A DNA stretch of 63,358 nt, counting the filler, from Hausera hauseri (Eukaryota): the NCBI GenBank assembly GCA_046269625.1. It is 11 parts of 11 records of this genome, joined end to end, with 100 filler letters (N's around TTAATTAATTAA, not from the genome) between each part and the next. Parts side by side here need not be neighbours in the genome. Positions count along the whole stretch, not along the records: positions 28,984 to 36,865 come from JBJURY010897618.1; positions 36,966 to 41,846 come from JBJURY010405256.1; positions 41,947 to 47,337 come from JBJURY010263953.1; 8 more parts are not named here. One strand, given 5' to 3'. How positions within the stretch are numbered: position 1 is the stretch's first letter; the number at the start of each line of letters is the position of its first letter. This document shows, one piece after another, positions 33,651-46,374 of this stretch. The position numbers and the translations under genes were made by a program. Under the pieces are notes generated by a model that worked only from the letters and a program-made list of their open reading frames with translations, searched no databases and was not told the origin of the DNA.

Positions 33651-34716
33651 GAGCATTTATTTGGTACTTGATAGTAACAGATCTTTATCACAACATGACG
33701 ACGACAATGACGACAATACCGCTAAACAGTTTACCGTGCACTTAAACCAACCAGTCAATTTACGCCACGGAGCCTAGAAAGTGGCCATGACGAAATTCAC
33801 ATTTACATTTTCACCAATGACAATACATCAGAACAGTGGTATTTGCTTTATCCGACAAGAAACGTATCTTATTTCAAGTCGTTTGCTCACAATCCGACAC
33901 AATAACTGATATATTCTTCGCAATTATTCGCGATAAAATTTCTCGGTTTATGCTTATTTTTCAAACTACCGTATGAAACTAATGCATCGAAATTCCATTG
34001 AAATACAGTTTAATTCTATAGCTGATGCTCAGGCATGGGGTTTTCAATCAGTTAATGTACACTCAAATCGTCGACAACTAGGTGAAAATGTTATAATTGG
34101 TGAAAAATTGGACTTTCCATCCGATGCGGAATCTGATATTATAGTAAAGTGGACTAAGTCAGAATCAGCCTTCCTCTCATGTATTATACCACACGATTTA
34201 CTAATGGAAACGGAAGTGGAATTGTGTGAATACGTCAAGAATACGGCTATATTAACCGTAAAGACATGTTAAATAAACGCAGATGGTCATATTTCGATTA
34301 CACTCCATGACAATGTGACGTACTTTGCCTTTGATGAATTATTGGCTCGGAATCTGGGTTTTTCAAAACGCGAATTCTACCAATACATTGCTGGACGATT
34401 TAGTGTTGCCAAATACAAACCACAGCTCTATGGAGCATTTCACCGAATCAACAATTTAACGGCCTTAACCGAATCCGTACTCGTTGATGGAGAACGTAAA
34501 CAACTGCTGGTTTCCATTGAACTGGATTCTGACACATACAAAACATCACAGGGAGAAACTCTTCGCGTTAAAATGCTCAGAACCATGTACTTATCATTGT
34601 CTCACAATATTGTACACAGTATTTCTGTGTATGTGCTTGATAAAGTTTTGGAACCCATTAAGTTTCTGTTTGGGTCAATGACACATTTGACGTTACATTA
34701 CACTGACGGAATTTAA
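33649..34716 (+). pseudogene. Minor capsid (penton) paralog 1 with long internal insertion
   Basis: MSIYLVLDSN...FTVHLNQPVNL...VAMTKF; C-terminus LVDGERKQLL...MYLSL...THLTLHY. Confidence 0.75.
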
Positions 34717-35645
34717 CTTTTCCTACTCACCGGTGACATTATAAGTAGTATGAAAATAACGTACAACAAGACTGTTACTGAAATCAAAACATATTCTTGT
34801 CCTCTGACAATTACTGACAATAAAATAACAGTTGGAGATTCGGGCATTTGCTCGACCGAAGCAAATTACGGTTCACACGGCAAAATCGGTGTTTTCATTT
34901 TAGATCAAAACTTAATTTTTATGGCAGATTTTGATTTTACTGTTACCTTTGAGTCCTCTGAGATGGCGCAGAAATTTAGATTCAAAAATACAGAGTGCAA
35001 AGGTAAACATATTAAAAGTGAATATGTAGTTGCTCCTAGATTAAGTACCGTATTATACCAGACAACGGTGAAATTTACCTGTACAACAGAAAGGGTGTCA
35101 ACGTCATAAGTATCGATTGGAGACAATATCTGTTGCGAATCTATAGCACATCTCTGTCAGAACTTTTCTTCAAATCAAAAGCACAAAGCAATATTTAAAT
35201 TTTTTCAGTCACATGCAAATGGGTACATTAAATTTCAACTGGCTAAGGATATTGTCTACATTTTATTGGACGAAGCTTTGGCCATGGTATTAGGTTTTGA
35301 AAAACAGCGGTTTGAGGCATCTACGGCGGCGACGGCACATGTTGCAACATTCAAACTAAAACTAAAAACGGGACTAAGTCAAATGCACATTTACGTGAAT
35401 GTCACCGAACCGATTTTGGTCGATGGAGTACGTGTGCCGCTACTCCATGCAATTTATCCGGAAAACAGCAAGCATACGGCCGGCGACAATGTCACTGTCA
35501 AGCTCGATAATCCATGTACCTACATGTGGCATCTGCATCTATAAACAATGTTCAAGTGAATATCCGATGTGACGCGGGCTACCTTATTGAATTTCCTTAC
35601 GGTACCACAACCAGTCTAACTCTTCCTTTCCGTCGAATCCAACAA
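34702..35645 (+). pseudogene. Minor capsid (penton) paralog 2, N-terminus deleted
   Basis: LTEFNFSYSPVT (compare MTKFTFTFSPMT in paralog 1); HIYVNVTEPILVDGVRVPLL...IEFPYGTTTSLTLPFRR. Confidence 0.75.
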
Positions 35646-35646
35646 C

Positions 35647-36005
35647 ATGATTGATTCCGAAATCGTTTCAATTTACAGTGAAACGCAGCAGGTGAGGGAA
35701 CTACCGTATTTTGTTGGTAAACAGTACGACTCTGGATGGTTGCGTACATTGGCACGTTTAGCACTTCCGGTGTTGAAGCGTATCGGTATCGTAACAGCAA
35801 AAATAGCACAGGACTTACTATATGAAAACAAATCGATTTTACCATCGTCAAGGAACATGCCTTGTCAGAAATAAAAAGCGCAGCACCGGGAGTCGTTGAA
35901 TCAGTCAAAAACCAATTCTCTGGCAGTGGCTTGAGAAAACGCCGTAGAGCATCATAGACCTCATCAACTATAAACAGACGTCGTCGTCGTACGATTTTCG
36001 ATTGA
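35647..36005 (+). pseudogene. Putative core protein precursor
   Basis: LPYFVGKQYDSGWLRTLARLALPVLK...SGSGLRKRRR; positional and motif homolog of 26648-27091. Confidence 0.65.
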
Positions 36006-36036
36006 TTGATTAATTGACAGATAGACAAACAGACAA

Positions 36037-36865
36037 ATGGCATCTGCAAAATCCGTAATGTGTATATTCCACAAAGCGGTGCCACAGGTTGTTACTGACA
36101 ATGCGGCATTTGAAGAAATCTATCCCGTTGATTGGGTTTTAACGGACGATAACATTGACATTTAATTCAACATTATGGCATCGGAAAATGAATACCTGGA
36201 TTTGAATGATACACTACTCTATGTAAAAGTCATTGTTAAAAAAGATGCATCAACGGATCTCGCTGCAACAGGCACTGTCACACCGGCCAATTACTTTTTT
36301 TTTACACTGTTCCAGGAAGCTTTACTGACTCCGAACAGTATCAAAATTGAAGACAACACCAGTCTATACAGTATTAAAGCACTAATTGAAACGGCTCTGA
36401 ATTACAACACAGACACGAAAACAACTCATTTGACGAAAACCATCGGATACGATGCCACAGAGGCAAACCGTCAGGCATGGATGGCAGAATCAAAAGCTCT
36501 TACAATGTGTGGACCGCTGTACTTTGACTTTCGATCATCCGAAATACCTACTGCCCGGTGTTAAAGCCATGATTCGGCTCAAACGCAGCGGCAATGTCTT
36601 TTGTTTCAAAAACTGCCGTTGCACAGCTTAAACTTATACCGAAAATTAGCGAGGCACGATTATACGTACGTCGAGTAAAGGTAGAACCATCTGTAGTCAT
36701 GGGACATCAATTGGGCTTGGAAACACAAAATGCCTGTTACCCGATACAACACACAGAACTCGTCTTTTACACCATACCGAAAAGTTCAACTACGTTTTAC
36801 AAAGATGCACTATTTGGCGACATGCGATTGCCGAAATTTGTTCTCGTTATCTTTCAAACGACTGT
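36037..36865 (+). pseudogene. Major capsid protein (hexon/PY), truncated by contig end
   Basis: EYLDLNDTLLYVKV...IETALNY...GPLYFD...ARLYVRRVKVEPSVVMGH...ACYPI...LFGDMRLPKFVLV. Confidence 0.88.
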
Positions 36866-37459
36866 NNNNNNNNNNNNNNNNNNNNNNNNNNNNNNNNNNN
36901 NNNNNNNNNTTAATTAATTAANNNNNNNNNNNNNNNNNNNNNNNNNNNNNNNNNNNNNNNNNNNNGACATTAACCAGTAAACTAAAAAGTTGAAACAAGA
37001 CGATGAAGATGATCCTGGAATGTATCATGCATAGATCATAATAAAAATGTATGAAAGAACACAAGGCCATATAAAGGTGGAAACACACAAGTTGCAATGA
37101 TGCAGTCATGTGTCATGGAGGTGACAAACATGGTCCTAAAGGAAGCAGACATAGGAGGATAAGAGGTGTGGACAGGAAAACCGCTCAGTGATAACAAAGG
37201 CTGGTTTAGAATAGTCGGCATGACTGTCAGCTATGAAGAGAGACAGTCAAACATTTGGCCAGCAATGTCCCAACAGGTTTTGGGACCCAGGCAAAGCAGA
37301 GTATTTAGAAAAGTTGAAACAAACAATTATGAACAGGCTACTTCATAGACCTAGAGATGAAGAAAAACACGCTGGACGACGGGAAAAAAAAACGGAAATT
37401 GGGTGGTCTGGGGATCGAACCTGCAACACAAACCAACATTATCACCTTGCGACTGCAAC

Positions 37460-37930
37460 AAGCAGCAGTTTATGAACTATCTAACTTTGCACTGTTAATT
37501 GGCCTCGGGTTTCCCGCTCATCATCGGGTGCATGCTGCGAAGCCTAGGCCATCATCGATCTCCATTTTTCACAATTCCTGGTGTCCCTTCATCTCTGCTG
37601 TTGACCTACTTCCCAGCCATTCTTTCAAACCATCCAGACACTTTGTTCTTTGCTGGCCACAGCAAATAGGGAAGGACTTTCACCACATGAAACAAATACT
37701 CAGAACCATTTTGAGATGAGGGAAGACTGGACGAAAGCTGTATACCCAAATGCATAAGCCTGAACCAAACGATGCTGCAAATAACTTGAATAACCAAGAG
37801 TAAGCTTTAATGTTCATACTTCGAACACAGCACACAGCCGTAACAAAAATCTGAGCAGAACTTGTGGCAAGAGCAATGCCACATAGAGACATTGTAACTT
37901 TAAGGAGGAAACTGTTGAACAATTTTTTTC
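37460..37930 (+). mobile_element. Possible decayed non-LTR retrotransposon C-terminal fragment
   Basis: LNNQE*ALMFILRTQH resembles the LxRxEQxxIFRLRTGH motif of I/Nimb-type LINEs; weak evidence. Confidence 0.3.
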
Positions 37931-38229
37931 TAAAAATGCCAACATCTAAAAGATCTCAGTGAAGAACTTCTACCTAAATCCCCGACCACACTAAATTGTT
38001 TACGGATACTAAGCAATTGAAAAGACCAGCAAAGACTTAGCATCACTTGACAAAAATCAAAGAAAAATGAAATAAAGAAATGAAATAGAAAAACATGAAA
38101 TAGAAAAGAAAACATTTTTAAAAGAAATTTAAAAAGAAAAACGAGAACGTTATGTTTTTTCGTCCGTCATTTGCAATGTGTCGTGTGGATAATTTGTACT
38201 CTTGACCCTGGGGGACTTCCTAAAAGTAC

Positions 38230-39323
38230 AGTGGAAAAGTTGAGACATGAAAAGATACCAACATGAAAAGTTGCCAGCATGAAAGTTGTCAACTGGAAGT
38301 TATCAACATGAGAAGTATCTGACATGACAACGTCGCTGACATGAATAAAATTACAAACATAACTGTTGTCGACAGAAAGGTTGTTTACATGAAAACTAAC
38401 AACTATTGTCGACAAGAAAGTCACCAACATGAAAAGTCACAGGAATGACAAAATCGCTGACATGACCATTGTCGACATGAAAACTTCTTGATGTGAAAAA
38501 TCCTAACATGAAAAGTTGAGATGTGGAACGCCGCCAACATAAAAACTTACCGAAATACCAAAGTTGCCGACATGGAAGTTGACGACATGGATTTTGTCGA
38601 CATGAAAGTTGTCGACATCAAGTTTGTCAACATGAAAACTTGTCAATGTGAAAAATCCTAACATGAACACTTCAGATGAGGAATTTCCGCTATGAAAACT
38701 TACTGACATTCCATGCTGACATAAAAAATTTACCGACATACCAAAGTCCCCAACATGAAAATCGACGACACGAAAGTTGTTGCCGACATGAACGTTGTCG
38801 ACATCAAGGTTTTCGACATGAAAACTTGTCAATGTGAATAATCCTAACATGGAAAATTGAGACTTGGACCATTTCCTTTATGAAAACTTACTGACATTCC
38901 AAAGTTGTTACAAAAAGTTGTCAACACGAACATTATGGATATGAAGGTTGTTGACATGTAAAGTCGCCAACATGAAATGTCACCAACATGACAAAGTCAC
39001 CAACGTGAAAGTTGATGACACGAAAGTTGTCATTTACATGAACATTGTTGACATCAAGGTTGTCGACATGAAAGTTGCCAACACAAAAAGTCGCAGACAT
39101 GAACGTTGTCGACACTAAAGTTGTCGACCTGAAAATTGTCGACATTAAGGATGTCGACATGAAAACTTTCTGACGTGAGAAAATCCTAACATGAAAACTT
39201 GAGATGTGGAACGTCACCGATATGAAAACTTACCAATATGTCCAAAGTCGCCAACATAAAAACTGCCGACACGTGCTCCCATAAGCATGCATAACATGAA
39301 CCTTAACAACATGAGAAAGTCAT
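38230..39323. repeat. Degenerate 15-16 bp minisatellite (consensus ACATGAAAGTTGTCG) with higher-order blocks
   Basis: Dozens of ACATGAAA(A)GTTGTCG-like units. The block TGTGAAAAATCCTAACATG recurs near 38492, 38647, 38833 and 39175. Confidence 0.9.
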
Positions 39324-39410
39324 CGATACGATACGATACGATACGATCTTTATTTAACCAGGGTTGAGAAATAGGCAGTATTGCCTATTGCAGTACTTTA
39401 CTTTAGTTTG
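39324..39410 (-). mobile_element. 5'-truncated CR1/L2-type LINE or SINE 3' end
   Basis: Minus strand: hairpin AATAGGCA-ATAC-TGCCTATT, then CCCTGGTTAAATAAAG and an (ATCGT)n microsatellite tail. Confidence 0.55.
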
Positions 39411-39632
39411 ACATATTTGAATGTGAGGACTGCATGGGGAAAGCGTTAATGGCGGATTTTGAGCATAAACATTATGCGAGAGCTTTTTTCGGAACCAAAC
39501 TAGCTATGGGTCTGATCGGTAAGGATGCCGACTGTGATGTCCAATATAGCAATTTTAAAAGCGGTTACATCCCTTAAAGACTCCATAAATTACAAAACCA
39601 GGCAGGTGTTAAAGGACTCTGTGGCTTAAAAG

Positions 39633-40135
39633 ATGAATACGTGACAGATACGCCCGACTCTACAATCTGACATTTTCGTCCCCCGTCATCCGGTCAAAGT
39701 TTTGCCCCACGCTATGCTACCTAAATGCATTGACCAAACGAAGCTGGCGACCGTTGTCGTAGATACAGATTCTAGCAATCAACCCAGTACTCACTTGTAG
39801 CCTTGTATTTCGACAGGGTCAACTCATTTCACTATTTCGATTTGTTTGGATTTCCACCACTGCACGCAGGCATTACGCGATTTATTAAACGTAACTCGGA
39901 CAGAGAAGCCATCTGTAATGCGCGTCCCTTTCAAGACGTGCTTAGTAACAACTGCAGACTCGAAGTGATTAATTTAATCCTTATTAAAATTAGCGGTGGC
40001 TTATGCAACATGTCTTTATGCCCTTTACATCTACCAGACAACACATTAACGATTAAGGCGACCTTGGCTACATAAAAGCAATCTTGAATTCCATAAATAA
40101 CTATGACGACAATCAGTTTTGACATTTTGCTATAA
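39633..40135 (+). pseudogene. Adenain-like cysteine protease
   Basis: VVDTDSSNQPSTHL*ALYFD...YFDLFGFPP...NARPFQDVLSNNC, retaining the His-Asp-Gln-Cys order. Confidence 0.85.
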
Positions 40136-40255
40136 ATAACTTTGACAATATAATTCTGGTTTAAACCGGTTATAATGGTATATAAGCAAATCACACACCA
40201 GGGGGTCTTTCTGTTTCTCTTAAAGATATTTACAAGGTTTCATGACTGCGTTTAT

Positions 40256-40528
40256 ATGACTGGTGACGCGGTGCTAGTAAAACCAATAGGTCCGGCAAAA
40301 TTGGTTACAGTTTCACCATATAGGAACAAAGCGTTAGTACACATTAGGTGATACTTTGGTGAAAGTGACAATAAGTTCCCGACGAAAACTGGAAAGTCGC
40401 TAACTCGTGGAGAGTTTGAACAACTCGTTGCCTTGCAGAGTGAAATTTTATCTTCCGTCAACTACATAACGACAGTTCCACAAGACGTTCCAGAATTATA
40501 CCCATTAACCAACAAGGCCGCACGATGA
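40256..40528 (+). pseudogene. PC4/Sub1-like ssDNA-binding transcriptional coactivator domain
   Basis: IGPAKLVTVSPYRNKALVHIR*YFGESDNKFPTKTGKSLTRGEFEQL matches the PC4 pattern [24 protein letters not shown]...PGRKGISLNPEQWSQL. Confidence 0.8.
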
Positions 40529-41319
40529 ACCTCTGACGAACATTATGGCGTTGGTTGACAGTTCCATGGAAACCCGCCCATTACAGAACTCTGACGAATC
40601 TACGCAAAGCCCCTTGAACATTTACTAAAAGCACTTTATTTCGTCCTTTGATGGCTCCATGCAAATCACGTCTGATGACCAGTAACATACACCATTCCGT
40701 GAGTCCCTACAATTGTGAGACCCTTGAAAAAGACCAACAAAAACAACGAGTCTTACCACAACAGAACCTAGTGTCACGTCCAATACTACTACCGAACCTA
40801 ATGTTAAAACCGCAACCTCATCTGCACAGTACCTATCTTTGAGAAGTAATAGAAAAAGACCGACAAAAAGACTAAAATTTCCTACTATGTGATATTGTAA
40901 TGTAAATTAAAAAATGTAAAAATACAAAACGACGTTATGTTGTAATTTCGGTGTGCTTGTATATTTTACAAATTTATACTTTAAACCCAATCTTTGCCGC
41001 AGCATTCTGGGTCGATGCCCCCTCGAGCGGTTCCTTAGCAAAGCTACCAGGGCCTACAGACTGCTACATCTAAAAATTACTCAAGCATCACCAATAATTT
41101 TATATGATCTTGAAATACTAACTCCAGTACTCTTATTATCATATTTACCTTTTCATTCATCATTATACATTTCTTTGTCATACCTCACCACATGTCTTCT
41201 ACGCCTATGTCCTCTAAGTCTTTTCTTTCTCTTATTTTATCTATTTTTCTTTTTAGTTTTGTCCCAGTATCCTATATGCTGTTGTTTCATTCCACGTTTT
41301 CTTTCCGTTCAGCCAGAAT

Positions 41320-41846
41320 GCCCACCTCCAGCGCCTACTAGCAGTTCGTCGAGCGCGAGCCATCCAGTCACATAAAAGCCTGATCTCAGCCTTCGCCGTC
41401 ATGTGTATCTTTGTGGTGATGCTAACGTACCTGGAAACTTCCCGGATGTTGATTCCTACGAGGGTTGTATCAAAGCAGGAACTCCGTTCCCTAACTTCCG
41501 GTCAGTTAAATGTATATGGAATGCTGAGAATGAATGTTTCCCCGACTGGTTGTTGTTTTATTTCGGCCCCCGTGGAACGTATCAGTGGTGCCCCATCCCT
41601 GCGTCTTGGGGGGCCGCGTCGACCATAGTTTTTTCATCATCCAGAACCCTCAAGAACATCCGGTGTATTTGCAGCTGCCTTGTGGACGGTTCGGCCAGCA
41701 ACAATTTGAACTTTAAATTTTAAATATTTCTTTCGCACCCTACTTGTAACTTTCGTGCGACTATCTAGTTTTTAGTAGGTAGTTTGCACATTCAGGGCCC
41801 TTCTAGCTTAGGCAGCATAAAGTGTGTATGTGTAATTTTTTATCCT
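41320..41846 (-). repeat. Possible LTR end plus PBS-like sequence
   Basis: The minus strand has AATAAA near 41560, then ~220 nt, then (T)AGGCGCTGGAGGTGGG resembling a tRNA primer site. No gag ORF confirmed. Confidence 0.25.
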
Positions 41847-41946
41847 NNNNNNNNNNNNNNNNNNNNNNNNNNNNNNNNNNNNNNNNNNNNTTAATTAATT
41901 AANNNNNNNNNNNNNNNNNNNNNNNNNNNNNNNNNNNNNNNNNNNN

Positions 41947-43391
41947 CATGAAAATATTGATGAAAAATACAAAATTAATGACATTCGAATTATCATTCAG
42001 TATGATACAGGAACCGCTGTTTCAATAATATTATCCAAAATTTGGGAAAAACTGAATGAACCCAAACTTATACCCATTAACAAAAAATTACAAGTACACG
42101 ATGGGTACACCTTCACATCTGTGGGAAAATTCAAAGCAACTCTGAAAAGAAATAAAAAACTCAAAATTATCAAACTAATTGTCGTGGAAGTAATGACAAA
42201 TTTTGGATTGCTGGGAGGAGATTACTTTAAATTACAGGAGTTAGTAATGTGCAACCAGGTCAGTCAAATATATTAGCCTGCGATTAAAGGAGTGAAGGCC
42301 TCAATCGAACTGAAACCTGGATGTAAGAATAAATTTTGCAAAACAAGAAAAATTCCGTTGGCATATCAAAAGTAATCAACGAGTTGATAGATTAGGAACT
42401 TTAGGAGTCTTGTCAAAGCATGTAGGTGATTCATCTAACTGTTCACCAGTAGGAAGAGCAATGGTGACTTACAAATGTGCATGGACTTCAAGGTATAAAT
42501 GAATGACAAAATAAAGACTGTGGCCTACCCATTGCTCAACACAGAAACAATATTTGCAAAGTTAAATATGTAAGTTTGCCCGTATTGATCTAACCTCAGC
42601 ATACTGGCAAATAGTGCTAAACGAACCATCAAAGGAACTCCCAATTATCCACACATCAAAGGAACTTTACAAAATTAATCGTCTCCAAATTGAAATGAAA
42701 AATGCCGCGGCAATCCTCCAACGTACGATAGAAACGATACTGGCAGATTTGAAAGGCTTACTCATATATCAAGATGATGTCATCGTTTTCGCAGAAAATG
42801 ATGAGTCATTAAAGGAGCGACTGATGGCAATTAGAACACGAATGAAAGAAAAGCGCATTACTATAAATGAAGGAAAATGCATTGTATATTCTGAGGAAAT
42901 CAGATTCCTGGGAATAAAGTATCCCATCGAGGAGCTGAACCAGATGATTCCGTGGTATCCAAAGTCACAGATATTAAAGAACCAACCAATGGCAAGGAAG
43001 TTGAGAGTTTCTTGGGGTTCGTCAACTACTTCCGGAGGATGATCCCAAATTTGTCATAAAAACGCTATATCTAAGTAAACTAAGAAATTCCAAGGAAGTT
43101 TTTAAATGTGCCAAACATTGTGATGTGGTATTTATCAATTTATAGATAATATTAAATAGACCGTTAGTGAAACAATTTGATCCTTATGAGAGGATTACAG
43201 TCAAAACTGATACATCCGTGAACTGTATTGCGATAGTAATGTCACAAGGCAACCAACCAGTTATATTCATATCGAAACTTTTATCAAAATCCGAAAGGTA
43301 CTATTCAAATAGAGCTCGAGGAACTAGCTTTTACCTGGTCAATGTTGCGTCTAAAACAATTCTTATTGGGCAACGAATTCAATTCTTCTAG
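41947..43391 (+). mobile_element. Decayed Gypsy pol relic (different family): PR-RT-RNase H
   Basis: YDTGTAVSII..IWEKLNEPKL; DLTSAYWQIVL; IYQDDVIVF; KTDTS...SKLLSKSERYYS. Confidence 0.85.
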
Positions 43392-44371
43392 CAAGCATGA
43401 AGACCACTAGATAGATACGAAGACTGGCTTTCGGAAGGAAACGATGTGGAAAATATTAAATTATACAAATTTGCTTAAGTAAATCATTTTTTGACGTTTG
43501 GTCTAATTTGAATTTTTATTAGCAATTTAGATACATAACATTTTGTTTTAAGAAAACCTTAATGAAAGCCATTGTTTGTGGAGTTTATAATGACAGTGTG
43601 TCATGCTAAATTTGTTCCAAAATACGATTATAATGTTTTAAATTGATGTTAAACACTTACAGAATTATCAAAATCATTAAAAACTTGGATTAATCGACTG
43701 TAAGCATAAGTTTAAAGGCACTGGGAAAGGTTCAAAAACAAGGAACATAAGTGCCTCATGATTTAAAATAATTTCCAAAACATATTATAAGGCGCTTAAC
43801 AATGTTTGAATTATTGCTTAAATTATCGAAAATTAAGTCATTTTGAATCAAAATGTTACAGTTGATAATAAATATGCTTTGATAATCCTAAATCATGAGG
43901 ATCATGACAACCGTAAACATTACGCTACAACGGAAAATTCTTTAAATTAAAGTTTTTATGTTCATTTGATTGGATTAAAAGATTGTGATGTTGAGTAAAT
44001 GTTAGGACTTAGTGAAACAGTACTGTTTCTCTGTAATAGACATTTATTAATCAATTTAAGTACCATATGCCAAAATACGATAAAAATTTTCAAAATGATA
44101 ATATTCAATCGCATACTGCAAACCCTGTTAGAGAAACATTAGAACAGCGTTAGTGGGAAGTTTTGTCCCACAGGTATTATTCACAAAACATTGTTCCATC
44201 AGTCTAGTGGAATATTTGCTTCAATTGATGCAGAATGGTTTTTCGAAACAGCACTTGAATTATTATGAAGTAATCCAAGATAGGATTGATGACTACATAT
44301 TTTCACAAGAACGAAATTACGATTTAATATTTTACAAATTAGACACTTCTAAATGTTATTTTAACTCTCAA

Positions 44372-44998
44372 AAGGAAACGAATTTTACTGTAAATTTGGA
44401 GTTTTTATAACAAATAGTCAGAAAAGTGCAAAATATTATACTAAATAATAATGTGGAAAAAATTTTTTGCCTCGAGAGCAAAATAACGCATTTTGAGCCT
44501 TTAAACATAACAGCATTCTGTACTTGTTCAAATCTCCCTCTCGATGTTTAGAAATTTTAAATTTTGACAATATTTTCGTTTCTTTTCTCATGCTAATGTT
44601 TTTTTAATATTCGATTTGTTTTCTTGATGTTCTGTCAATTTAAAATGTATTGGTTTAATTCACAATAACATATTCCCTCGTGTATATAATTTGACTATCA
44701 CTTAACTGACCACAGACTATATTCGATGGGTATTTTTTATTTCGTCCAAACGTAAAGGGAACGCTATAAATCGAATATGAAAACAACATTAACTGGAATT
44801 ATGTAACGTTCAGAATTCCTAATGGTAGTTGGGAGAAGTTGAATAAGTGTGAAATGCTGTACATCTAAAGGTTCCAAATGCATTATTTTGACTTTCTCAG
44901 CAAAAATTTTTTCACGGTATTAATCAACATTTCATTTTGAAGCTTTCTGACTATTTGCTATAATAAACCCAGATTTACAATAAAAATCATTTTCTTGT
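44372..44998. repeat. Old degenerate inverted repeat (arms about 44372-44560 and 44810-44998)
   Basis: CAAATAGTCAGAAA / TTTCTGACTATTTG, CAAAATAACGCATTT / AAATGCATTATTTTG and further collinear matches. Confidence 0.7.
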
Positions 44999-46374
44999 CA
45001 GTAGAATTGCCGTCTTTGTTCGTTAACCCAAAATCTGCCAAAACTTTTAAATCTATTTTATTATGCAAATTCGAAGAACTGCTGAGAACAATGAAATAAA
45101 AAGAAACAATGTTTGTTAATTCAGTCATGAACAATGAAGTCCATTTAACAATATTATATGTAGACTGAACTTAAAATGAGCAACTTTCTCAAAGAACAAT
45201 AAAAAATGTAACGTCCCAAAAAAGGACAATGGGAGGTAATAGGTTTGTTAGTAGTTGAAGGTGGGCCCTATCCGTCACCCAACTATAACAATAAGATTTG
45301 TTTAATAACTTTGATTTAAGCAGATTAGTCCTAACGTTCTCGTTAGGAGTTTGCACTTGATTTTTAAAATGTATGTACTGAGTGCGGTGAATGCTTTGGT
45401 TTACCGATTCTAGTCTTAATCTAGAGACGTTAAATAGAAGTTTAGACTTAGTGTGGTTCAAGTCCCTCTTAAAGAGCGACGAAAAACTATAAAAGATTTT
45501 ACAAATAAACAAATATATTCAAACAAATATACCAAAATTTCGAATCACTCGTCAAGAAGAAAAGTTCAATCAATCGTCAAAAGTCTCGTAATTGAATCAC
45601 TGGTTCGTCTGATTTGAATAATTTTCAATTCTGGATCTCGTCTAACTGTTTCTTTTCACGTTCTGTTTTTGCATTTGAATCGCTGGCTTATATAGCCTTA
45701 CTATCTTATTTATTTTCCATTCTCACACCAATTAAATTAATTCAATTGTATACACAATCAATCCGGCCTTTTCTTATCAATATTTACAGTAATTTTTCGG
45801 CCTGGTGGAATATTTACACGTAATTTTTATCTCTCTGAATTGGATATTCCAATAACCAACTGTCAAATTTTTACATTATTTAGTTTTAAACTATTTACAA
45901 TTATCCGTGTTGACCGTTCACACGCGATAATCAATTGGTCTCACTCTACAACAATTGCATTTGATTTATAACCTAAACGGGCGTAGACTGGCACTGTTAA
46001 ATTGACGAGTTTCTAATATGTTATTTTATATATTTTTTAATTACGCCGCTTTATCTGGTTAACAATTATATACATCGAACAGTGTGGCAGAGATACCCAT
46101 CAGGGGTTCACAATACAAAAGATAAAGACAATTAAACATATGATGTTTTTATTTTTACGTATATATTCACACAGTCATGGTCATTAAATTTTTGATCATA
46201 ACTATTTCTCGAACATTGCTAATTGGAATTCGAATGTTGGAATTATTTATTCGAATGTTTGGAATCTAAACCCTAACAGCATTATTTTCAGGTTTTTGAC
46301 TTGCATCCACTTTTTACAGAAACAACAATTATTATCAATCTTTTTATTAAAATTTTAGAAATCATTTTATTGAC

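Larger units (their letters stand above)
29384..36865. mobile_element. Decayed Maverick/adintovirus: [dUTPase-unknown-TBP] divergent from [ATPase-pX-integrase-mCP-mCP-core-MCP]
   Basis: See the individual genes; integrase plus capsids plus packaging ATPase are diagnostic. Confidence 0.94.
39440..40620 (+). mobile_element. Maverick fragment: MCP C-terminus, adenain, PC4-like
   Basis: ADFEHKHYARAFFGTKLAMGL (MCP), then protease and PC4; same order as, and homologous to, 24670-25700. Confidence 0.85.

Noticed and set aside
38230-39323. Possible CRISPR-like array
   Set aside because: Units are contiguous and degenerate with no unique spacers of constant length; no cas genes; eukaryotic context.
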